From positions 1-40,496 of the forward strand of contig JAGOYM010000002.1 in assembly GCA_018059165.1 (NCBI GenBank): 40,496 nucleotides of DNA. Direction: 5' to 3'. The translations under genes and the position numbers were made by a program. Under the pieces are notes generated by a model. It did no database searches, was not told the DNA's origin, and saw only the letters and a list, made by a program, of their open reading frames with translations. Of the stretch, positions 19,846-27,750 are shown one piece after another. Numbering within the stretch: the first letter of the stretch is position 1; the number at the start of each line of letters is the position of its first letter. Source of the stretch: Leptotrichiaceae bacterium (GTDB lineage Bacteria > Fusobacteriota > Fusobacteriia > Fusobacteriales > Leptotrichiaceae).

Positions 19846-20940
19846 ATGTTAACAGAAAGAGAAAAAGAAATACTTAAAGTCATTAAAGAAAATCCTCTAG
19901 TGTCACAGGAAGAGATTGCAAAAAAACTTTCAATTACACGTTCATCTATTGCAGTTCATATAAGTAATATAATGAAAAAAGGATATATCATTGGAAAAGG
20001 ATATTTAATAAATGAGGATCCTTATATTTTATCAATCGGTGGTGCTAATGTTGATATTCAAGGCTATTCATATTCTCCTATAAAGCCGCACGACTCTAAT
20101 CCTGGTAAAGTTAGCGTTTCTTATGGTGGTGTTGCAAAAAATATTATCGATAATATCGCTCGAATGGGTGTTAGAAGTAAGTTTATAACTATATTAGGTG
20201 ATGATATGTATGGAGAGCAAATGAAAAACTATTTAATAGATCAGAATATAGATATAAGTGAGTCTCTATTTCCTAAAAATCAATCTACATCTACATATCT
20301 ATCGGTTTTAGACTCTAATAGGGATATGAGCATTGCAATTGCTTCAATGGACATATTTAAAGTCTTAACTAGAGAACATCTAGAACGAAGATCTAAAAGT
20401 TTAGAATATGCGCAAGCCATCGTTACAGATACTAATCTAGAAGCTGATACACTTAAATATATTACTAGCTTTAAAGATAAAACAAGAATTATTCTAGATC
20501 CTGTATCAACAAAGAAAGCTATGAAAATCGTTGATTTCATTGGTGATTTTCATACTATAAAACCAAACAAAATTGAAGCTGAAGCACTTTCAGGAATAAA
20601 AATTTCAAATGAAAATGATTTAACAAGAATTGGAAATTTCTTTTTAGAAAAAGGAGTAGAGAATATTTTTATTTCTTTAGGAAGTGATGGAGTTTTTTAC
20701 ATGAACAAATCAGAAAAAGGATGTATAAAATCTGAAAAGATATCGCCTAAAAATGTCACAGGTGCAGGAGATGCATTAACGGCAGGGATAGCATACGGTA
20801 TTATTAATGATTTCAGTTTAAAGGAAACTGCAAAATTTGCTGCAGCTACATCTATTATAACGCTGTTAGATAGAAATTCTGTTAGTAAAAATGTTAGTTT
20901 AGAAAATATATACAAAACTATTGAGGAGATGAAGTTATGA
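19846..20940 (+). CDS. psuK: Pseudouridine kinase (PfkB family) with an N-terminal winged-helix DNA-binding domain
   Basis: 364 aa. Residues 1-55 look like an HTH (EREKEILKVIKENPLVSQEEIAKKLSITRSSIAVHISNIMKKGYI). The remainder has PfkB motifs (GGVAKNI, TGAGDALTAG). It overlaps psuG through ATGA. Confidence 0.8.
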   Translation: MLTEREKEILKVIKENPLVSQEEIAKKLSITRSSIAVHISNIMKKGYIIGKGYLINEDPYILSIGGANVDIQGYSYSPIKPHDSNPGKVSVSYGGVAKNIIDNIARMGVRSKFITILGDDMYGEQMKNYLIDQNIDISESLFPKNQSTSTYLSVLDSNRDMSIAIASMDIFKVLTREHLERRSKSLEYAQAIVTDTNLEADTLKYITSFKDKTRIILDPVSTKKAMKIVDFIGDFHTIKPNKIEAEALSGIKISNENDLTRIGNFFLEKGVENIFISLGSDGVFYMNKSEKGCIKSEKISPKNVTGAGDALTAGIAYGIINDFSLKETAKFAAATSIITLLDRNSVSKNVSLENIYKTIEEMKL

Positions 20941-21863
20941 AAAATTTGAAAAATTATTTAGAAATTAGTGAAGAAGTGAGTACTGCACTTTTAGAGAATA
21001 GAGCGATTGTTGCCTTAGAGTCTACAATAATATCGCACGGAATGCCATATCCACAAAACTATGAAACAGCTATAAAAGTTGAAGAGATTATTAGAGAAAA
21101 TGGTGCAATTCCTGCAACTATTGCAATTATAAATGGAAAATTGAAAGTTGGATTATCTAATGAAGAAATAGAATTACTTGCTAAAGAGGGTCTTAATGTT
21201 ACAAAGGTAAGTAGGAGAGATATTCCATATGTTGTTGCAAATAAATTAAATGGTGCTACAACTGTTGCCTCTACAATGATTCTTGCAGAACTTGCAGGTG
21301 TTAAAATATTTGCTACAGGTGGAATTGGTGGTGCTCATCGTAATGCAGAAACTACTATGGATATTTCAGCAGATCTTGAAGAACTTGCAAATACTAATGT
21401 TGCCGTGATATGTGCAGGTGCTAAGTCAATTTTAGACTTATCTCTAACATTAGAATACCTTGAAACTCACGGGGTTCCTGTGCTAGGTTATAAAACTAAA
21501 GAGCTTCCTGCATTTTATACAAGAAAAAGTGGTTTTGAATTAGATTATAATATTCAAAGTGCTGAAGAATTTGCAAATATTTTAAATGCAAAATGGTCAT
21601 TAGGACTTAATGGTGGAGTTGTCATAGCTAATCCTATTCCAGAAGAGTATTCAATGGATTATGATGTAATAACTGTTGCAATTGAGAATGCTTTGATAGA
21701 AGCTGAGGAAAAGAATATAAGAGGAAAACAAGCTACCCCTTTCTTACTAGGTAAGATTAAAGAAATTACAGGCGGGTCAAGTCTTGATGCAAATATTGCA
21801 CTTGTATTCAATAATGCTAAACTTGCATCTCAAATAGCAATTGAATTATGTAAACTTGGATAA
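20937..21863 (+). CDS. psuG: Pseudouridine-5'-phosphate glycosidase
   Basis: 308 aa. Indigoidine-synthase-A-like family motifs seen: ALESTIISHGMPYPQN, GGIGGAHR. Confidence 0.9.
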   Translation: MKNLKNYLEISEEVSTALLENRAIVALESTIISHGMPYPQNYETAIKVEEIIRENGAIPATIAIINGKLKVGLSNEEIELLAKEGLNVTKVSRRDIPYVVANKLNGATTVASTMILAELAGVKIFATGGIGGAHRNAETTMDISADLEELANTNVAVICAGAKSILDLSLTLEYLETHGVPVLGYKTKELPAFYTRKSGFELDYNIQSAEEFANILNAKWSLGLNGGVVIANPIPEEYSMDYDVITVAIENALIEAEEKNIRGKQATPFLLGKIKEITGGSSLDANIALVFNNAKLASQIAIELCKLG

Positions 21864-21886
21864 AATTTATTTTATAATTTTAAAAA

Positions 21887-21910
21887 CGGCCTATCATTAT
21901 AGATAGGCTG
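21887..21910. terminator. Bidirectional hairpin terminator between convergent operons
   Basis: CGGCCTATC-attata-GATAGGCTG, flanked by AAAAA on the left and TTTG on the right. On the minus strand the stem is followed by UUUUUAAAAUU. Confidence 0.6.
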
Positions 21911-21964
21911 TTTGCTTATTAATCAGTTTTCTTGTTAAATTATCCTCAGTAAGTGAGATTCCCA

Positions 21965-22444
21965 CTAATTATTTTCAAATAAAATCAATTGACCCCTAAT
22001 CTTATCATAAAAACTATCTGGGCAAGAAGAAATAATAACATCTATTTTTTTTGATTTGTCTGAGTATTTAATCCCGTAATCATCTACTGTTTTCTCATAG
22101 TTCAAGTATAATTTATTTTGAATCTCATTTAAGATATCTTCATTTTCTAATATTTCACCATAGAGTCTATGTATTTCTCCTTCTAAATCAACAAGAACAT
22201 ATTTTTTGAATTCTATAATTTCATCTTCTTCTGTACCAATTCCAGATTCCAATATCTCATCACAATCAACAATGATTGCTTTTTCTTTACTTTCAGAAAT
22301 GCTTATCAAAGTCGCTACTTTAACAAAGCTTTCAACGGATTCTCTGTATATTCTTATATCTTCATTTATTCCATGGAAAATACATAAAATATTTTCATTA
22401 TTGTAATATGCTATTTCTTTTATATTAAATAATTTATTAGTCAA
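21965..22444 (-). CDS. Hypothetical acidic protein with no domain I recognise
   Basis: The ORF is open to ATG 22474 (169 aa), but that ATG has no SD. A TTG at 22444 lies 8 nt after AAGGAG, giving 159 aa and an 8-nt overlap with the upstream gene. By hand count the 159-aa form has 33 Asp+Glu against 18 Lys+Arg. Confidence 0.55.
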   Translation of the reverse strand: MTNKLFNIKEIAYYNNENILCIFHGINEDIRIYRESVESFVKVATLISISESKEKAIIVDCDEILESGIGTEEDEIIEFKKYVLVDLEGEIHRLYGEILENEDILNEIQNKLYLNYEKTVDDYGIKYSDKSKKIDVIISSCPDSFYDKIRGQLILFENN

Positions 22445-23135
22445 ACCAATCAACTCCTTCGACCCCTGTAACATATTTTCTATTATTTGATGTAAAAAAT
22501 TGTGCTATCCATTCGTAAAATTTACCTGATTTATCTGCTTTTGATGGTGAGAGAACTAATTTTATTGGTTCTTTTCTTCTTTCACGTAAATTATTAAGAT
22601 CAAATGTAACAATTGGTTTTTTAGGGAGATAAAAAAGATAAGCTACAATTCCATTTATGAATGGTATATTTGCTACAATTGCTTGTTCATAAGGTGCACT
22701 TATAAATTTTGAAAATGTTTCCGTATAATAGTATCTTCTTTTAACTGGAACATAACTAAATTCGGGATTTTCTTCCCAGTCAGTCTTCGGCAAATCTTTG
22801 GTATTTCTTATATCATCATGATCTGGTATCACAATATATCTTTCTACTTTCATTATATTCATCATCTCTATCTCTAATGATCCATCTATATAGTAATATT
22901 CTCCTACAACTAACTCAAATTCAAAATCATTTTTGATTTTTTTTATTTCTTCTACTTGAAATTTGTTAAATTTAATTTCCATGTTTTTCATTTTCAATAC
23001 TGTATTAGTAGGATCTACAACTTGAGTGAAATTTTCTAACTCACTAAATATACTTCCTCCTGCTTCAGTATTTGATCTACCATTTATATTCCCAGTTAAA
23101 CTATCTGTGTAACCTATTTTAGCTTTATATAACAT
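22437..23135 (-). CDS. Hypothetical soluble protein (232 aa) with no domain I recognise
   Basis: ATG 23135 lies 6 nt after GGGAGG. The reading frame is long and clean. I saw no TM segment, signal peptide or familiar catalytic motif. Confidence 0.65.
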   Translation of the reverse strand: MLYKAKIGYTDSLTGNINGRSNTEAGGSIFSELENFTQVVDPTNTVLKMKNMEIKFNKFQVEEIKKIKNDFEFELVVGEYYYIDGSLEIEMMNIMKVERYIVIPDHDDIRNTKDLPKTDWEENPEFSYVPVKRRYYYTETFSKFISAPYEQAIVANIPFINGIVAYLFYLPKKPIVTFDLNNLRERRKEPIKLVLSPSKADKSGKFYEWIAQFFTSNNRKYVTGVEGVDWFD

Positions 23136-23152
23136 ATTTTACCTCCCTTGAA

Positions 23153-23434
23153 TTAATACGGATTGAGTTTCATCATTTTCTTACTTCCAAAAAATAGTAT
23201 TGATATGGGAAGTATAAATTCGAAAATAACTATTAATATTAGCAATAAATATTCATTTGTTGATAAATTTATAAATGAATCAAAACTAATAACTATAATT
23301 TTTATCCAAGAATATATAGGTGCTAATAAAATTAGAAATGAAAATAATAGAATTATCTTCTTGTAGCAAAACAAATATATTATATACCCTAAATTTCCTA
23401 AAATTATCACTATAGGGAATCCATATATATCCAA
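23153..23434 (-). CDS. Small hydrophobic membrane protein (about 3 TM helices); TTG start or the 3' part of an interrupted gene
   Basis: 93 codons, with no ATG until the last 7 codons. TTG 23434 lies 6 nt after AAGAGGA. It is in frame with the upstream small ORF across a single TAA (23438-23440). Confidence 0.45.
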   Translation of the reverse strand: MDIYGFPIVIILGNLGYIIYLFCYKKIILLFSFLILLAPIYSWIKIIVISFDSFINLSTNEYLLLILIVIFEFILPISILFFGSKKMMKLNPY

Positions 23435-23437
23435 AAT

Positions 23438-23530
23438 TTATCCTCTTGAATATAAAAATTTATTTATTGTAATTAGGACAAATGCAAATATAGTATTTAC
23501 TATAACTACTCCTATTAAACTTAAATTCAT
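23438..23530 (-). CDS. Possible 30-aa single-TM peptide (MNLSLIGVVIVNTIFAFVLITINKFLYSRG), or the 5' part of an interrupted membrane-protein gene
   Basis: The frame is open further upstream to GTG 23566. A GGAGG at about 23582-23586 lies 15 nt before that GTG. ATG 23530 has no SD, so the start is unresolved. Confidence 0.25.
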   Translation of the reverse strand: MNLSLIGVVIVNTIFAFVLITINKFLYSRG

Positions 23531-23597
23531 GATTTTTGCTATTTTTTCATTGCTTACTCTCTGCACTTTAAAGATAATCTTCCTCCTTATTTAGCCC

Positions 23598-25217
23598 CTA
23601 TCTCTTCTCATAATATGCATATGTGAAATCAGTTATGCTTGTAATTGGTCTTCTAATTATATTTTTTATATTTTTATTTATATAATGATTTTCTACAGAA
23701 AAATATAGAGGTGAAATTACTGCTTCGTCTATTAATATTCTTTCTGCTTGTGATGCAAATTTATCTCTCTCTAAACTTCCTTGCATTTCTCCTATTCTCT
23801 TAACAATATCATTGTACTCTTTCTTTGACCATGAAGTTGTTATTTTCTCTTTTGAATCTTCTTTAAACCATCTATTCAAGTATGTTGTAACATCATCATA
23901 TTTAGGACTCCATGTGTTTAGTACTATATCATAGTCACCTGCTCTTGTACGCGCAAGTCTATCTTTAAATGACACTACTTCTACTTTAACTTCGATACCT
24001 AATTTAACCCTTAGTTCCTCTTGAATAAACTGAATTTCTCTTCTTTCTGGTTCAGAATTCCCCGATAACAACCTTATTGTAAGTTTATTTTTACCTAACT
24101 CATTCAATGCTTCATTATATAGTTTTTTACCTTGTTCTACATCATTATCTTTAAAGTACTCAATATCAGGATATTCATTTCTAAACTTACCGTTATATCC
24201 AGATATAACATTACTTATAATTGATTTTGCTATTGTTGATCCATCTTTTTTGATTTCATTAACATACTTTGCTCTATCTATTACTAATGAAATTGCTTTT
24301 CTTAGTTTTATATTTTTCAGATTATCATTGTACACATTAAAGTCCAAATACCAAATACGTCCATTTATATAAGTATCTAATGTCCCATCTTTTTTATACT
24401 CGTTTAATCTGTAATTTTCTACTCTAGACATATCAATTTCACCATTTTTTATCATCGTATCAGTTGCTTTAAAATCTTCTATAACTGTATACTTTATTCG
24501 TGGTATCTTTATATTTTTTGCATTCCAGTAATTTTCATTTTTATCCAAAATTATTTCCGTATCACTTAATTTCGTGATTTTATATGGCCCATTAAAAAGA
24601 AAACCTTTAATATCAATAGAAAAGTTCTTCCCTGACTCTTTATAGAAGCTTTCTTTTATTGGTGCACTTATAGGTAATGTTAGAATATATTTGAAATACG
24701 GAGTTGCTCTTTCAAGGTCAATCTTAAGTGTTTGCTCATCTATTGCATTTACACCTAACTCTACACCTACACCTTTTACATTATAATACTTTTCAGCATT
24801 TTTTATAGGAAATAACATTTCTGAGTATTGCGCTGCTACTTTATCATCCAACGCTCTTTTTATCCCAAATACAAAATCATTTGCTGTAATTTTTGTTCCA
24901 TCGCTCCATTTTGCATTATTTCTTATTTTAAATGTTATACTCTCATTTGTTTCACTAACTATTTCTGCAACTCCACCAGTTATATTACCTTTCTCATCCA
25001 ATCTTAGTAAACTTTCATAAATTGTAGAGTCTACTTGTAAAGATATCAATTCATTGAATAAATGTGGATCTAGTGATTGAGGTATTAACCCTAAATTATA
25101 GATTATTGTTTGCTCTTCAATTTGTTGCTTCTTGTTTGCGTTATACATACTATATGTAAATAAGCCAAATACTCCAAGTATTAATAGTAATATCAGTATT
25201 TTTATTTTTTTATTCAT
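23598..25217 (-). CDS. ABC-transporter family-5 (OppA/DppA/NikA-like) solute-binding protein, membrane-anchored, with no adjacent permease or ATPase
   Basis: It contains NNAKWSDGTKITANDFVFGIKRALD and the overall family-5 layout. The start is set to ATG 25217 (MNKKIKILILLL), 9 nt after AGGGAG. The N-terminal hydrophobic helix has no lipobox Cys. Confidence 0.8.
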   Translation of the reverse strand: MNKKIKILILLLILGVFGLFTYSMYNANKKQQIEEQTIIYNLGLIPQSLDPHLFNELISLQVDSTIYESLLRLDEKGNITGGVAEIVSETNESITFKIRNNAKWSDGTKITANDFVFGIKRALDDKVAAQYSEMLFPIKNAEKYYNVKGVGVELGVNAIDEQTLKIDLERATPYFKYILTLPISAPIKESFYKESGKNFSIDIKGFLFNGPYKITKLSDTEIILDKNENYWNAKNIKIPRIKYTVIEDFKATDTMIKNGEIDMSRVENYRLNEYKKDGTLDTYINGRIWYLDFNVYNDNLKNIKLRKAISLVIDRAKYVNEIKKDGSTIAKSIISNVISGYNGKFRNEYPDIEYFKDNDVEQGKKLYNEALNELGKNKLTIRLLSGNSEPERREIQFIQEELRVKLGIEVKVEVVSFKDRLARTRAGDYDIVLNTWSPKYDDVTTYLNRWFKEDSKEKITTSWSKKEYNDIVKRIGEMQGSLERDKFASQAERILIDEAVISPLYFSVENHYINKNIKNIIRRPITSITDFTYAYYEKR

Positions 25218-26035
25218 TAAAATAAACTCCCTATCCAATCTTTAAGTTTTGATATTGTATCATCTTTCTTTTCCTTTATTGCTTGTTTGGCATCATCTTT
25301 AATATTATCTACTTGCTCATTTATATCTTTTTCTATAGAATCTTTTAATTTTGCTAATTCCTTACCATATTTATCCATACTTTTTGTAACAACTTTATCT
25401 ATATCTTTTGAATATTTAGAAATAAATTCATTTGTAAAATATTTTTCAGCATCTATTTTACCATCTTTCGTATATTCTAATTCTGATATTGTTTGTTTTC
25501 TTTTTTCTTTTGTTTTACCTTCTTTATTTTGTTGTATTGCAACAACTTTTGCTTTAGCAAGATTTGATTTTTCTAATTCATCTTTAGCAACTTGAACCAT
25601 AATTGCTCTCATTTCTTTCTTTAGAACTTCTTCAGGTACTTTTATTGCTATTTCTTGTTGATCATTAGCGCTATCTTTATGGTTCCCAATCACTTCATAT
25701 TTAATTTCTTTATTCCCATTTGTATTATCTTGTTCTACAGTTTCAGTTTGATTTGCAACACTTTCCACAGGTTGGCTAGTTTGTACCTGTATTTTACGTT
25801 CCTCACCACCATCAGTATCATTCCATATGAAAAAAGATGTTCCAAATGTTGATACTAATAACAATATCATTGCATTTGCTCTCCATTTGCCACTTTTTTT
25901 ATGATCTTCTTCCCATTTCTGAAGTTCCTCTTCTGAAAGTTTCTTTCTTGATTTCTTATCTATTATTATGCAAATAACATAGTAAATTCCATAAGTTATT
26001 GTTGCTAATAAAAGTAATATAAATATTTGTAACAT
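25217..26035 (-). CDS. Hypothetical membrane protein: two N-terminal TM helices plus a roughly 200-aa Lys/Glu/Asp-rich domain
   Basis: 272 aa. ATG 26035 lies 7 nt after GGAGG and only 15 nt after the metK stop. Its TAA overlaps the ATG of the next gene (TAATG). Confidence 0.65.
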   Translation of the reverse strand: MLQIFILLLLATITYGIYYVICIIIDKKSRKKLSEEELQKWEEDHKKSGKWRANAMILLLVSTFGTSFFIWNDTDGGEERKIQVQTSQPVESVANQTETVEQDNTNGNKEIKYEVIGNHKDSANDQQEIAIKVPEEVLKKEMRAIMVQVAKDELEKSNLAKAKVVAIQQNKEGKTKEKRKQTISELEYTKDGKIDAEKYFTNEFISKYSKDIDKVVTKSMDKYGKELAKLKDSIEKDINEQVDNIKDDAKQAIKEKKDDTISKLKDWIGSLF

Positions 26036-26050
26036 GTAATTACCTCCATT

Positions 26051-27202
26051 TTATAAGTATTTCATTATCTCTTCTGTTTTATTCGTTCTTTCCCATGGTA
26101 AATCAATATCTGTTCTTCCAATATGCCCAAATGCTGCTAAATCTTGATATTTAAACTTAGGGCTTCTTAATTCCAAAGAAACTTCTATTCCTCTAGGAGT
26201 TAAGTCGAAAACTTTTGATACAATTTCAGCAATTTTTATTTCATTATATTGAGATGTTCCAAATGTATCTACTTTTATAGATGTCGGCTCAATTACTCCA
26301 ATAGCATATGAAAGTTGTACTTCACATTTTGTAGCAATTCCTGCTGCAACTATATTTTTTGCAACCCATCTTGCTGCGTATGCTGCTGATCTATCAACTT
26401 TAGAAGGGTCTTTTCCTGAAAATGCTCCTCCACCATGTCTAAAAAAACCACCATAAGTATCAACTATTATTTTTCTTCCCGTAAGTCCCGCATCTCCATG
26501 CGGCCCACCAATTACGAATCTACCTGTAGGGTTAATATGGTATTTTTTTACATCTTCTATGTTTAAGTTGTATTTTTGCAATACTGGTTTTATTACCAAT
26601 TCTTTTACATCGTTTACTATTTGTTCTTGTGTTACATCTTCATTATGTTGAACTGACAATACTATCGTATCAACATACTCAACATTTTTTCCTTCAGAAT
26701 CATATGCTAATGTAACTTGAGACTTTGCATCCGGTCTTGCCCACGATAATGTTTTATTTCTTGTTAATATTGTTAACAATCTTATTATTTCTCTAGACAA
26801 TGTCACTGCTAATGGCATTAATTCTGGTGTTTCATTTACTGCACCACCAAACATTATTCCTTGATCTCCTGCACCTCCAGTGTCAACACCCATTGCAATA
26901 TCTGGTGATTGAGCATGAATAGTATTCATTACACCACAGTCAGGGTCAAATCCCATTCCTTGTTTGTATCCTATTTCTTCTATCTTTTCTCTAACTATTT
27001 TCTGTATGTCAATATATGTTTCTGTTGTTATTTCTCCACCTACTATTACTAGTCCTGTTGTTGCAAATGTTTCACATGCTACTCTAGATTTAGAATCTTT
27101 TTCTAAGCATGCATCTAAAACTGAATCTGATATTTGATCACATATTTTGTCTGGATGTCCCGGTGAAACAAATTCAGATGTAAAAAATACATTTTTTTTC
27201 AT
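26051..27202 (-). CDS. metK: S-adenosylmethionine synthetase
   Basis: 383 aa. Motifs seen: [41 protein letters not shown]. Confidence 0.97.
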   Translation of the reverse strand: MKKNVFFTSEFVSPGHPDKICDQISDSVLDACLEKDSKSRVACETFATTGLVIVGGEITTETYIDIQKIVREKIEEIGYKQGMGFDPDCGVMNTIHAQSPDIAMGVDTGGAGDQGIMFGGAVNETPELMPLAVTLSREIIRLLTILTRNKTLSWARPDAKSQVTLAYDSEGKNVEYVDTIVLSVQHNEDVTQEQIVNDVKELVIKPVLQKYNLNIEDVKKYHINPTGRFVIGGPHGDAGLTGRKIIVDTYGGFFRHGGGAFSGKDPSKVDRSAAYAARWVAKNIVAAGIATKCEVQLSYAIGVIEPTSIKVDTFGTSQYNEIKIAEIVSKVFDLTPRGIEVSLELRSPKFKYQDLAAFGHIGRTDIDLPWERTNKTEEIMKYL

Positions 27203-27250
27203 TTTATCTTTCCTCCTTATTTTATTAAAGCATAAATTATCTTATAAAAT

Positions 27251-27284
27251 AAAAAAACTCTTCCACGTTTTGCGTTGAAAAGAG
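27251..27284 (-). terminator. Terminator (expression platform) of the SAM riboswitch
   Basis: The minus-strand RNA reads CUCUUUUCAACGcaaaaCGUGGAAGAG followed by UUUUUUU, immediately 3' of the aptamer and about 50 nt before the metK ATG. Confidence 0.7.
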
Positions 27285-27295
27285 ATGATTAACTT

Positions 27296-27405
27296 CTTAT
27301 CTTCGCATTATATGCACAGGATTTAGCACCTTTTGTTCTGTATTGCTACAGTTACACGGTTGCTGGATGATTAACGGGCCTGTCCCTACCATCACTCTTG
27401 ATAAG
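27296..27405 (-). promoter_or_regulatory. SAM-I (S-box) riboswitch aptamer
   Basis: The minus strand reads CTTATCAAGAGTGATGGTAGGGACAGGCCCGTTAATCATCCAGCAACCGTG...AAAGGTGCTAAATCCTGTGCATATAATGCGAAGATAAG. The conserved AGAG..GG.AGGGAC.GGCCC, GCAACC and GGTGCTAAATCCTG blocks are all present, and P1 is closed by CTTATC/GATAAG. Confidence 0.9.
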
Positions 27406-27427
27406 TTTCATATTCTATTGTAACGTT

Positions 27428-27456
27428 ATTGTATATCTTTTGCTTATTTAAGTCAA
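27428..27456 (-). promoter_or_regulatory. Candidate sigma-70 promoter for the metK leader
   Basis: The minus strand reads TTGACT-17 nt-TACAAT, ending about 22 nt upstream of the aptamer P1 helix. Confidence 0.55.
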
Positions 27457-27750
27457 TTGTTATTTCTAACCATTTACAATATATATTGAATTTTATAAAA
27501 TATATAACTTTTAATAATTAATTATTTTTGAAAAACGTGTTATTATGATTTTAGTAAATAACTACTAATTAGTATTATTATGCCTTTATATAATAATATT
27601 CTATATTGTGTTATATCAAAATAATCTATGTAACATCACTTTAAAAAGCACTTTAAAGATATAAGATCATAGCATTATTTAAGATATTAATTCTATTTAT
27701 AACTAATTAGAGGTATTTAACTCAATATTTAAACAAATGGAGGGATTTTT

